Notes under the pieces: model-generated
The model's input: the letters and a program-made list of their open reading frames with translations, nothing else
What the model was told of the DNA's origin: nothing
Databases searched by the model: none
Made by a program: the position numbers and the translations under genes
Shown: positions 10,387 to 22,107 of the stretch, one piece after another
Position numbering within the stretch: the stretch's first letter is position 1
Layout: each line of letters opens with the position of its first letter
Assembly (NCBI GenBank): GCA_021432655.1
Contig: MU271507.1
Coordinates: 1 to 33,382 of the forward strand
Direction of reading: 5' to 3'
From: Atractiella rhizophila
Lineage: Eukaryota
Length of the DNA: 33,382 nt

Positions 10387-13055
10387 ATGCTCCAGAACGC
10401 ATTCTTTGCCTTTATGGCCTTGCAGGCCATCGCGTACGCTGCTTCTATCCACACTGGTACCAGCACTGGTTGGGATGACCCGGTGCTGAAGGAGAAGTTG
10501 AAGAGAGCAGAGTTTCACTCCGTCTACAACGGCTCTGGGGAGCTGGGAAAGAGAACGACGAATGAATGTGGAGCTCAATGCACTAGTATGCATTCCTCTA
10601 ACGGGCATGGGTCTATGAGCTGACAACTTCTGCAAAAGCCTTCTGCTACACGGGTGCGTTTTTGACCCATGCTACGCCTAAAGGAAGAAACGTTTAAAGA
10701 ATGGTTGATGTGATCACAGGGGATGCGGGTACTGGTGTGTACTCCCTTTTCTTTGAAGTAGACCAGGCTGAAGTGTTCTCTCGAAGGTCCCAACACAGGA
10801 GACTGTGCGGATATTGGCGGCATGATTAGCGTGGGCGTGTACGGCTCTCAGTTCACAACGAAAGCAGGACAGGAAACTTCCATCGTCAAAAACTCTTGCA
10901 AGACCTTTTTCCACAAGTCCGCCGTTTATGCTATTCCTGCCAAAGTTGACAATGGCGCTTTAGCCAAGCCTCAGATGGACAAGATGTGTGTTGATATTCC
11001 TAAGCACCTACACTGTATTCAATGGATTTCAGGCTGTCTATTGCACGGCAGACCTTGGTATGTTCTTTCAAATTTTGCAATGTTTCTAGATTGTTTAACG
11101 GTTTCATGAAGCTGCTGTAAACAACTACATCGCGAACAATTGTGCTGCTGCACAGAATGCACACGGTGGTATTTGTGTTTCTGGCGATGGCAGATTCTAC
11201 ATCGAGACGATAAATTCCTACAATCAAGGTCCTTTTGCTTCAGGTTCGTAATTGCTTCTTTTACCGTTGAAATGTTTGGGCTGACCCGTAGACGAAGTGA
11301 ATCTCCCTTTTGCTTCCGGGAAGATTCGAGGTGTCAACCTGTACGCTTTGTCCTCTATCCCCCGCAAATTGTTTCATCGTTTAAACAAGAGGAGGACTGT
11401 TTGTCGTTGAGCCCTGGTTCGTTCTTCGATATCCATGCCCGGTTAAACTGACCTCTAGATAGGATGATGGGTGGAGAATGGGCTAGAATGGTGCTTTCTA
11501 TCCACCCTACCGACTAATATTGATAAAACGTAATGTAACAGGGCTGCGATGGGACAAATGACGAATGGCAGTGTATGACGGAGCGAAATGCTCAAGCTGG
11601 ATTTGAATCACACTGGGACCAATGGTTGCTGGTCCAGATCTACGCCAGAAGAAACATGCTAATTGTGCATTTAGGATCACCGAGCAAGACATAATACAGA
11701 TCGCAAACTGGGGATTGAATACTGTTCGCATCCCTGTCGGGTAGGCGCTCTGGTTTCTCATTTGTTTAGCCAATTGCTTTTGACGATCGGTAGATACTGG
11801 ATCGTGGATGGGGCGAGAGCTGCCTCTGATCCATATGCGACAGGAGGTTTCAGCCGTCTTCAGCGCCTACTGCAATGGTGCAACACTCACAATGTTTACG
11901 CCATCATCGATCTTCACGCAGCGCCTGGAGTCTCTACTCCCAATCAACAATTCGCTGGTCATTCCGTCCCCGCTTCTCAGGTTGGATTCTACAACGAGGA
12001 TAACTTTGGAAGAGCGAAACTTTTTCTCTGGAATATCACGACTCATAAAATAACAGACCCATCTTTTGCCGCGGTTTTCGCTCTTGAAGTTCTCAACGAA
12101 CCTTGGACGCAAAACACTGGCAGCCCATCCAACATCGGCCTGATTACTTCCTACTACCCGACAGCTTATCAGACTATTCGAAGCCGAGAGCAAGAGCTCG
12201 GGAGGACATGCTCAAATACGGGAACTCCTTACAAACGATCTTTCGACAAGCGAGCCTCTTATACCGACTGCCTCAACATCCTGTTCATGGACACGAATTG
12301 GGGCAGTGGCGATAGTGCTACATTCCTGCCTGGATTGAGTCGTAAGGTTTTCTTTCACATTTCCAATGTCGTTCTCACACTATTGCACTTTAAAAAGATG
12401 TTATGTTTGACGACCACCGATACTTCGCATACAGCCCTGACCTTGATACCACTGGCGAAATTCTCTCGTAAATCTTCCAAATTCTGAAGTGTGCTCTGAT
12501 CTGACCCGCTTTCTATCGCAGTGCCGCTTGCGACACCAATCCTGTGAAGCAAGGTGCCGCTCCCAAGGTCTTTGGGGAGTTCTCGTCAGTTCTTACCTCC
12601 TAACGCGAATTTTTTTGGACCTTTCTGTCCAGGCTGGCTACGACGAATCAGAATGGAGATCTGAACACTGGAAACACTGCTTTCTACCAAAATTATATGA
12701 ACCGCCAAATTCAGACTTATGAAAAGGTGAGTTTTCCTTTTATTGAGCCCGCTTTATACTCACAATTATACAGGGTATTGGATGGAGTACGTTCCTTCTC
12801 CGGAGACTTCTCAACTCTGATGATGCAACCTATAGCGTTCTGGAGCTACAAGACGGAGACCGACTATCAATGGTCTTATATCAAGGGTTAGTGGCTAGAT
12901 TTGGTTGATATTCGAAGTCTCCCTAACATTTCCAACGTGTCCAGGGGTTCAAGCAGGGTATGTCATCCTTTTGTTGCGTTTTGTTGATTCAAATCGTTCT
13001 TGCCAGTGTCATTTCTTCCAACGCAGCCACAATGGCTTCTGCGGGTACTTGTTGA
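10387..13055 (+). CDS. Secreted GH5 beta-glucanase (most like GH5_15 endo-beta-1,6-glucanases) with an N-terminal Cys-rich domain; ~19 introns
   Basis: Signal peptide MLQNAFFAFMALQAIAYA. Spliced motifs GKIRGVNLGGLFVVEPW, HWDQWITEQD...GLNTVRIPVGYW, DLHAAPG, LEVLNEP (acid/base Glu), YYPTAYQTIRSREQELG, FMDTNWGSG, FDDHRY, VFGEFS (nucleophile Glu) and WSYKTE. Stop TGA at 13053-13055. Confidence 0.9.
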
Positions 13056-13275
13056 TACAACGGATCTTAAACCTCGAAATCAAGAATTATGTACTGTCTT
13101 TTGTATGATCGATAACGTCAAGAATGCAAATTCGCAATCAGAGAGCCTCTCCTGGAGATACCCTCTCACCTGCGTCAGAGCCAAAATGGCAAACACAGGG
13201 AAAGAGTGAGTTTTGCCAGAATTTAGCCCCAGTGTAACATCGAATCTCTAGGAAGTAAGGCGGCTTCGATAATGT

Positions 13276-15064
13276 TCAGCAATATAGGGACAAAGGTCTG
13301 TCGGTTTCTAACAGCCCCAATAACATCTTTGGGAGTTCTTCTGGAGCTCTAAGAAAAGGGTGTGGCCCACCCGTCCCCGACTGGCTTGCACTGCTGCCTA
13401 GTCGTCTATCGATTTTAGCATACCTAGACAGCAATCGGACATATAGCGGTATAAAGTCAACTCCTGCGCCAAAGCTGCTAGACAACCGTGTCATCCGAAG
13501 GTGTGTGAGAGCTGGGATGTATTTATCCTCTGCTAAATAGTTGAATGCTCCTGCAAGCGTGCAATCTTCTGGGGCACTTCGTGATTCGTCGAAGGAAAAT
13601 AGAATTATGAGAAATTTGGGATAATTAAGCATTAAAGATGAAAACCAAGTCCTGGAAATAATATAGAAGTAAGTCGCTCATCTACAGAGTAGGGAGGGCT
13701 TCATGTCTCCTCATCTGCCTGCTTTTCTTGCCATCCCTTTCCTATCTTGCCCGTGACCGCAGGTCCCTCTTCCTCGCTAAACCTAGGCCACTGAAACGAT
13801 TCAAACCCGGTCAAATGAAGAGAGGTCTACAAGTCTTAAAAAGTCCTTGGATGGGTTGTACCGAATTACACATCTTGCGATGTTGAGGAGAACGTATAGC
13901 GTAAAGCTGATTAGGTGAGTTGGAAAAGGTCAGATGAGGGAGGCAGGCAGCACAAGATGGGCCTGAAAATACCAGCTACGATGCGTTCTTGGGGGAGGAG
14001 GAAACGCTCAGAAACCGCTGACGGTTCTTGCGGAAGCACTCTTTGCACCTGATCCTCCATGCCTAGACCTTGAATCTGACCTTGCGAACCGTTGTACCTC
14101 CTCGGGAACGGCAAAGTTGGCGGGAGGAAGCTCAGCGGTTAACTTGACCAAATCAAATCCTCGTTAACCGTTGCAACCCGCCAAACATAACAGAGACAAC
14201 TTGAGAGGCAGAGAGGTGAACATAGGAAATAAGTTTGCATGTTTGAAGTAGGATTCCCGTCCTTTTTTCGTGCCAAGATGCTCTCTGTCGCTCCGTCGAA
14301 AAGGATAAACAAGCATAAATGGAAAAAGAGCCTCTGTCACTCTAACATCTCTAATATCAGGCCTCCTGGACTGACCTGGGACCTAGGAGCACGTCAGCTG
14401 CACCATCCAGAAGAGTTGGAGAAGAATGGAGAACACAATTCACAGTGCAAGCGGGAGAAGGGAGAAGGAGAGCAAACGAACCAATCAGGAACGCTCGCAT
14501 ATCCCCGCATGAATCAGCGGCCCCAAGCGCGTGAATAGAGGGATAAAGGAAAAAGCGAGAGGAAGTGAATGCGAGTGCCCTAGAAAAGCAGCTATAGAAT
14601 GCAACTACTGTGGTAGTCTGGTGACTTGCAAAACGAACCGAGAAGGCACAGGATAGCTCTTCTGATATTCTGGTGGATTTTACTTTGACTGGTTCTAAGT
14701 CCGTGACCCGCTGGCTTTCCTGCGTGTATTGAACCAGATTGACCTCTCCCGTCGCCAGACACAGCTTCCCGAAGGAGTTTTCGCCACCACAGAGAAATTG
14801 TGAGCTTGCCAATTGTGGTTTACTAGCGTAGTGTACACATGAAGCAACCAAGTAATGGAAACAGCAGCGTTTTGACAACCGGCGTAACAACAACTTCACC
14901 AATTTTGTGCACTGCTTTCGCAAAGAGTTTAAGACGATTGTGGCAGGAAGGACTGAGAAGTCCGCCTTGCGTGATGACCTTGGCTGGTACCATGGTGCGA
15001 CGAACGAGAACGTGAGCGTCGCTAAACGATCAAGAGAACTGTAGCCAACAGGAGACGAGGCCAT
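13276..15064 (-). pseudogene. Possible degenerate gene remnants (fragmentary minus-strand ORFs, includes the paralog of the 9.6-9.8 kb segment)
   Basis: Broken frames such as NLFPMFTSLPLKL / VWRVATVNEDL / VKLTAELPPANF match the 9.7 kb relic. The flanking ORFs 14357-15064 and 13276-13632 have no recognisable domain, and I could not build a continuous gene. Confidence 0.3.
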
Positions 15065-16377
15065 GGCACGGGAACACTTCTTTCAGGTGTGCAACTGCAA
15101 TAACGAAGTAACAGGATGATAACGAACGGGGAGAAATAATCGGCATCTTTCAAGCTTCAGCCCCATTTTGTTTCATGTTTCATGATTTCAGAAAGATCTC
15201 TCGCTATCCGAGCGCCTTTCACGAAAGCAATTCAGGTCCGCCGGCTACTATCCGCGCCAAAATTCAGCCAACACATCCAGATTTGAGATACCTTTACACC
15301 TCTGCACTTTGACAGGAATAACTTGAATCAACTTCTTTACCAACTCCCGCTTCCAGGCTCCGTCACTACCCTTCAGGTCTCCCGATATACCACAACGTTG
15401 AGCGAATGCCTGTTCACTCGCCGTGTTCGCTTCTAACTCGTAGTTCCCCCCTACTTCGCTGCAGTCAGCTTGCTAGCTCGCTCCACTCGACTCCATCTTG
15501 AAAGAACTTAAGGTTTAGCACTGAGTTAGGGATTCGGGCGAAGTGAGATAGACCCAAATCAACGGATTGAGAACGTCCGTCGCCTCAACAAAATTTTCAA
15601 CACTGATGTTCTTCTTCTGCTGCAGGTCAGCCAACATCGTTACTTGTGCCCTGCGTGACGTGTGTGGCGCCTCAGTGCAATAACAATCTAATTCGCAGTC
15701 GACATTTCTTTGCCCAACTTCTTCTGGTTGAAAGTCTCGAGTGGATGAGAGATTTGAGAAGAAGTTGGTTGAAATTCCCACATTCAGATATTCAAGGAGC
15801 CCCGATCAACCGTTCAAACAGTCGGCGCGAGGGACAAAAGGTCAATGCTCTTTGCTAATGGAGGACGGAGGGGAAGACGATCGAGAAAGAATGAAAAAGA
15901 GGTCCTAACCTTCAGAACAAATCCGGGGTTTTCTAGCTCCAGTTCGAACCCGCTCAAACCGCCAGGAAGACGTAGTTCTCGGTTTCCAGCTTCCCCAAGT
16001 AGTTTTAACTTACTCTTTGTGTCGGCTTTGCTTTGTAATAAGTTAAAGTCTATCCCATGCCTTAAAACACCAGTCCCTTTCACTCCAGATCTGCCCCTGG
16101 CGAAAGGAACGACACCTTTACTTCATCAAAGTCCTCCGCAATCATTAGTAATCGACATCGTTTCAGCCTTACTTAATATTGATACTAATATTTCATACTC
16201 TAATACTTGTCAGCTTCATTGTTTTGCCCAACATACGTCTGCGCGGAGTTCACTTCATTATTGCACTTCATTAATCACTTCCGTAAAGCAGCGGTCACAC
16301 CCGCCGAGGAGCCCAGCCCCCCTAAACGAGCGTATATCAACCCAACCCGTCTTCACCCATCCAACAATCGTCCTCTG

Positions 16378-17469
16378 ATGGATTCGCCAGCCCTCAAACG
16401 CTTCCGCCTGCGCACAAGTCGCTTCTCTCTCTCGCCCCTTCCCCCGCCGCTCCCACCAAAAGACCGACTCGTTGACGGTCAGAACAAAAACCAGACTAGG
16501 AACCAATGGCTGAACGAGAAGGACGAGTCGTCAGCGTCACAGTGCTGTTGGGCAGAGGAAGAACATTGTAGCGTCCGTTCCTCGAGCGAGAGATCGAAGA
16601 CGTCCACTCCTTCCATCCGTTCTTTGTCCTCGTGGTCGTCTGATGCGGGTGCTGCTTCGACCCCCGCTTCGTCGCCGTTGTCGTCTCCCACTCGAAGCGA
16701 CGCTGGAAAGGATCGAGCGTCCAGGTCGAAGCTGATGCGTTTCTCCCTCCTGATGGAACGCAAGGCACACTCTTTCCGCTCCTCCTTCTTGCATTCCAAT
16801 TCGCAGCTGCCGAAGATGCGAAGCTCCGAGTTGAGGAGGGACGAGAACAAATTGTTGAATCGACACCACGTAGTCATCTCCTTCGACAGGCTCGAAGGTC
16901 TCGATGAAGACGAGGAGATGGAGTTCAGGAGAGGAGGAACCAGGCCGTCGATCTCCAGGTCACAATCCACTCCGATGTTGAGGGACGGGAATTCGAAGGA
17001 CGGGAATCGTTACGATTTCAGGTTTTATCACCCCTATGCGCCGCTCTCTTCCCCTGACGCTCCGCCACCCATCCCTCAATTTGAGGAATATGCTCCCGCT
17101 CCTCCACCTCACCTTCCTTCTGCCTTCCAACACCCCAAAGCTGATCCATTCCCCGCCTCACACAAGGCTCATTCCATCACTAACGCCTGCGCCAACCCAC
17201 ACCTCCTGCCTCCCAGTCCACTGAAAAATTCCGTAAAGGTCAAGTCACCGAAGAAGAAGAAAAACTTGAAGGACGAGGAGATCATTGTGAGATGTGTAAA
17301 GATGGAAAAGGCGTTCTGTACAGAATCCATATTCGAATGCGACCACGAGGAGGCGGAATTCGAGGGAAGGTTGCAGGATATACAAGAGGAAGATGAAGAA
17401 GATGTCGATCCCTACATGTCTACTTGGAGGCTCAATCGTACGTTCCTCCTCAAATCTTTCCCGGTGTAG
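16378..17469 (+). CDS. Intronless hypothetical protein, Ser/Pro-rich and probably disordered (363 aa from first ATG)
   Basis: Long stop-free frame (open from 16207; first ATG 16378, MDSPALKRFRL), basic KSPKKKK patch and acidic C-terminal tract. No recognisable domain. Confidence 0.65.
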   Translation: MDSPALKRFRLRTSRFSLSPLPPPLPPKDRLVDGQNKNQTRNQWLNEKDESSASQCCWAEEEHCSVRSSSERSKTSTPSIRSLSSWSSDAGAASTPASSPLSSPTRSDAGKDRASRSKLMRFSLLMERKAHSFRSSFLHSNSQLPKMRSSELRRDENKLLNRHHVVISFDRLEGLDEDEEMEFRRGGTRPSISRSQSTPMLRDGNSKDGNRYDFRFYHPYAPLSSPDAPPPIPQFEEYAPAPPPHLPSAFQHPKADPFPASHKAHSITNACANPHLLPPSPLKNSVKVKSPKKKKNLKDEEIIVRCVKMEKAFCTESIFECDHEEAEFEGRLQDIQEEDEEDVDPYMSTWRLNRTFLLKSFPV

Positions 17470-18063
17470 GTCTAATAGCCGATGTCACTGAGATAGATCC
17501 TTAATGAGCTACCATGTGCCTTAGATTCGTTTCGTTTCGTATTTCGTGTTTTTCAATTTTCTTCGAATTTTTCATCGCAGTACTCCAAACTCGTTCAGTT
17601 CCCCCCTCCTCTGCACCGAAGGCAGATAGTCGTTCGTTCTCCCTTTCGTTCGAAACTCCAACATTCGACGATCCACCGCCTTCATTTGTTTCTCTCCTTC
17701 ACATCAGTGTCGTCCCTCGTTTCCCCAAACATCGATAGATTCTTCCCTTTAATATCGTTATCCTTCAAGCACTTCCTTTCGATCTCCTTCGTGTCATTGT
17801 TGATTGATATCGACACGATCATTCGTCGTTCTTCCATTCTCAGGGATCAGTTTGGTAATATTGGTTCGAAGTTGATGGAAGTATTTGGTATTGTTGTGCC
17901 AGCGTGTAGAGTATCAAAAGATATCAAAAGGAAAGGAGGATACGTGATGTGTGTTGAAGTTATTACGTTTTTGACTTTTACTTTCTTTCTGCCCTTTTGA
18001 GCTGGCTATCGCATCTGGTGTCAGTTCCGCCCGCTCCCGTAGTTTAGTCTGTTTTTCAGCTAT

Positions 18064-18179
18064 CTGAGGTTCATCTTTTCTTCGTCCTGTCACTCTGATG
18101 AACCTCAGGTAGGTGACTCCTCACCAACGTTCATGCAATGCTGATCTTTTCTTCGTTCTGTCACTCTGATGAACCTCAG
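18064..18179. repeat. Two-copy 36-nt direct repeat whose first copy closes a perfect 12-bp inverted repeat
   Basis: ATCTTTTCTTCGT(C/T)CTGTCACTCTGATGAACCTCAG at 18073-18108 and 18144-18179 (one mismatch). CTGAGGTTCATC (18064-18075) is the reverse complement of GATGAACCTCAG (18097-18108). Confidence 0.9.
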
Positions 18180-19052
18180 TTTCAACAATGTGTAGGGATA
18201 TCATCAAAGCTTTTTGATAGACTGTGCAATCCTGATCTCCCGGTTTGCTCATCATTCTGTCTGTCATTTGGATTGTATCTCTCAGTTTGGGTCGCACTCA
18301 TTCGAACGAGTTGAAGAGGTTCGTCAAGGATCTTGTCACCCGACGAGAGTAAAGCGAGAGAGGAAGAAAATAAGGAAGTTCAGCATGTTTGATTTCTAAG
18401 ATTTTCCCCTTTGTTCGCTATTTATATATTTTTGTAACATGGTACATGGAGCTTGTAAACCTCTGGCTGTAAAGATATATTGGTCTCGTTATTCCTATCT
18501 TATGACACGTAAATTTTCTTCAGAAGCACGAATCATTTTGGAGACTGGTGCTGGAGATTTGCACTTGAGGGCGGAGGAGACATAGACAAAGAAGTTGCAG
18601 CCAAGGATCAATTATTGTTGGAGGCTTCGCGATCGCGACGACGAATGCCATGAATGCACCTGTCAGTTCAACAATTGTTGAGGGAAACAAGAATGATAAT
18701 TGCAGTGTCGGCAGAGAAAGGAGTTGAAGAAAATGCATCAAAGATTGGAATGGTATCGATATTGATGGAAATAATGAAACTTCCTTTCTAAACCTACACC
18801 AACTCTTCAAGTTCAAGAAGGCCGCTAAAAGTACATTAGACAATACTGTCCTTCAAAAACAAATAGGCTACAGTGATCGAAATCTCGAAGGGAAAAAGAG
18901 GTAGGGAGAGAAGATGTTGCGAAGGGGACTCGAAATTAACGAGAAACAAGGAGACAACGCCACAGTGGCTTGTAACGAGCGACTTGGAAATGCGAGAGCA
19001 AGAAGGGAGGATGATTGATTCTGTCCGTCTGTCCGTCTAATGGCAGATTTTG

Positions 19053-22000
19053 TTATTCCATCTTTGGACGATGGGAGGTGTCGGCTCCACGTATGAAGGA
19101 GGTGAGAAAGTTGAGGAATCGATCGCCGTATTCGTTCGGCGGAACTGCAGATATCATATGCTGCATCCGTCCAATCAGTTGGGAAACTCCAGAAAGGGTA
19201 ACAGGACAGACGTACTTTATCGTGTTGAATACCTTTGAAGAAGTGTTCTATCCTCTTGACAGAGTTGTACGGGGTCAAAATATCAATTATACCTACACGC
19301 GCCATACAGGATTGTCAACATTCTCCACTAACTATCCCTACGGTTGAAGGAGAGGACGAACCAAGGTAATAAATAGTATCCAACGGCTTATTCTCTCCAT
19401 CCGTAGCCCTAAACCCTCCCTCGTCCTGATAAAAGATCAAGTGTTTCCTCTCCGCTCCTTCCTGCTCCGGTAGGCCGCTCTTTGCATCGCTCAAACTCTT
19501 GGGATCTGCTTTATGAACCGCCTTCCTCAGCGCGCTCGCTTGTTGGATCATCGTCGGCTTCCTCCGTACTTTAACGGTATCGGGCTATCGTCACACAACA
19601 ACGACAGACGCAGTCAATATGAATAGAACAACATGGAAGGGTAAAAGATGACGAACCTGGAAAACAGTCAACATCCCGTCCCTCAAATTCTCCTTATTTC
19701 CCCTCCCCAAATCGTGCAACCCGATGAGCAACGAGTAATCCATGATGCCCAACCTCTTCAAGAACTCCGTGTCCCTCTTCAACTGTTCTTCAAAGTACAT
19801 CCTCTTCTCCGGTCCCAGCTCAAAATGCCGTCCTCGATGGAGCCAGTTGAGATCCTTCAGGACTGCTCCTGACTTTTGAGCGGCTTTCTCCTCTGGGTAT
19901 TCACGACCGATCGCTGAACCCTATTCAATCGTCCATCATCAGATCACGATGCCGCTTTGAGAGGAAATTGGGAGAAGAGACAGACCTTAAGATCGTAAGT
20001 CTCGTGAATATCCCTATGAGGAGGGAACAAATTGTTCATGACCAAGAAATGGATCTTCCTCCCCCTAGGCAACTTAACTCTATGAAGCCCATAAAACCTG
20101 CTCAAAAGGGTATGCGGATTTTTAAGGACATGCTGATGGTACTCCTTCAAGACCTTTCTCAAAAACTTGTGTTCGGTATGATGGATCGTCTTGATGATGA
20201 ACCGATAATCCTTCGAGAAGTAAAAGAACGATCCGCTCTTCCCGGGTGAGCCGAGCTCTGACAGGATGTAGTTGGCGGTTAGGGAGAGCAAGTAGTCAGC
20301 GGGATCGATCCGAAAATGGTCTCGAAGTTCGCGGAAGACCCAGGGAGAGTAGTCTTTGAATTTGAAGTCGTACTTTGCGGATGGGGTCAGTTCGTTTCCT
20401 ATGCTGTTGGATGAGGACAACAGGTAACACATCCGTCAGATGTTGGATCAGACAGAGGAAGGATATGACGTACAAATCGAAACTGTATTTATGACATGCT
20501 CCATAGTCCTCATCCACCAGTGGCTTCTTCAACTTTGCCTGCCACCTCGAGACCTACACCAACACATCAATACTTCTTCCTCACAAATAAAGAGGGAGAC
20601 AAACCGCAATTCGAATGCCAGTCAACATATTATACATAAGCACATAATTCGCATGACCCTCCCCAATCAAATTGCCAACCATAACCCTCTGTTCCTCACC
20701 CTCCCTCCCCTCCACCTCCCTCCTCTCCCTCCGTCCAGCACTCCCACTCCTCCTCCTCTTCTCCCTCTCCCTCTCTTTCTCCTTCTCTCTCTCCCTCCCC
20801 TCCTCCACGCTCGCCCTCCTCACATCCGCCTCCATCTCCCTCCTCGCCGCCTCCCTCCCCCTCCTGATCGCCTCAGACCTCAACCTGATAGACGCCTCAA
20901 AATCCTCCGAAGACGTCGTCGTCGTCAACGGACGCCTCGAGTACGCATGCGCCGTCGTGCTCCCTTCTCCTCCTCCTCCTCCTGCCGCAGACGTTGAGGT
21001 GGAGGAGATGTAAGGGAGCGGAAGACGCGGGACGCCGCTTCCCACCGTCCCTGAACTGCCACGACGCATGTGTGCCCCTCCGGCCGCTGAGAGGGTGGAA
21101 CTACGCCGTTCTGTTGCTCCATTCGGTCCGGAGACGGAGTGCCGCTTGGGCGGCGACTGGGTTGGAAGGGTGAGGTAGTGGGATGGAGTCTTTGGTGGGA
21201 GTTGAGGCGGGGAGGGGGTGGTGTTGGCTCGCATGAGGGAGGAGGCGGCAGCTGTTGTTGGGAGGATGAGCTGGTGGTGGTTTGTCGTTGAGGAAGTAGG
21301 GAGATGGGTGGATAGAGGCGGAGAGTAGTGTGAAGATGTGGATGAGGAGGTGGGGAACATGGAAGGGTCGTATGGGATGGAAGACAGGGAGCCAGAGGCA
21401 TCTCGTTTCTGTTTTGGTGGTCGTCGCTCTGATGGATATGGAGCGGAAGGAGTAGAAGGGGACCCGGAGGCGCCGTTTGGTGTTGAGACGGATGTGGAGG
21501 TCGAAGGAGAGGGATCGGTCGGTGACGAACGGAGAGCGAGGGAGGCAGAGGTGGGTGAGTCCGTGATGAGGTGCAACGAGGTCGACTTGGCGTGTCCCTT
21601 AGCCGCCTCGTCGATGGCTGTCGATGTTGAGGCAGACGGCGAGTCTGTTCGCTTGGCGTCTGTTGAAGAAGAAGCAGAAGAGAGGACACGGGAATTGGCG
21701 GTCCTGTCGCTAGGTCCGCTCATCGCTGTGTCCGTCAAAACGGTCAACGCCGTGTCCCAAACACAACTTATGCAAACGAAAAGCAAAAACGCACAAGTCT
21801 GAGGGACAGTGCCCATTCGTTCGTCGATGGGAGCAGGGATGAACTCGACCCCACCCCCTTCGTCCACTTTCAGGCGCAACCGCACCTCCTCCCCGTCCAG
21901 TCCCGCGGCTTCCATCTTCCTCGCAAGCAGCGCTACCGGGTTCACCCCCTCCTCCTCGTCCTGCCCACCCGAGGGGCGACTGGACGTGGAGGGATGGGCG

Positions 22001-22107
22001 ATGGGCTGGGGGGCGAGGGGAGGAGTGGGAATGTCGAGGGACGCCTTCCGCGGCGTCTGCGGTGGAGATGGCGGGAGATGGGGATAGGCGGTCGGTATGG
22101 AGGTCAT
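19053..22107 (-). CDS. MSS4: Phosphatidylinositol-4-phosphate 5-kinase (Mss4/Its3 ortholog)
   Basis: [109 protein letters not shown] and [13 protein letters not shown]. Long disordered N-terminus from ATG 22107; stop TAA at 19053-19055. Confidence 0.96.

Noticed and set aside
18073..18179. 36-nt repeat / 35-nt spacer resembling a CRISPR unit
   Set aside because: Only two copies, eukaryotic intron-rich context, no cas genes.
20440..22087. Several + strand and alternative-frame ORFs over the MSS4 N-terminal region
   Set aside because: Shadow frames from purine/pyrimidine-skewed low-complexity exons.
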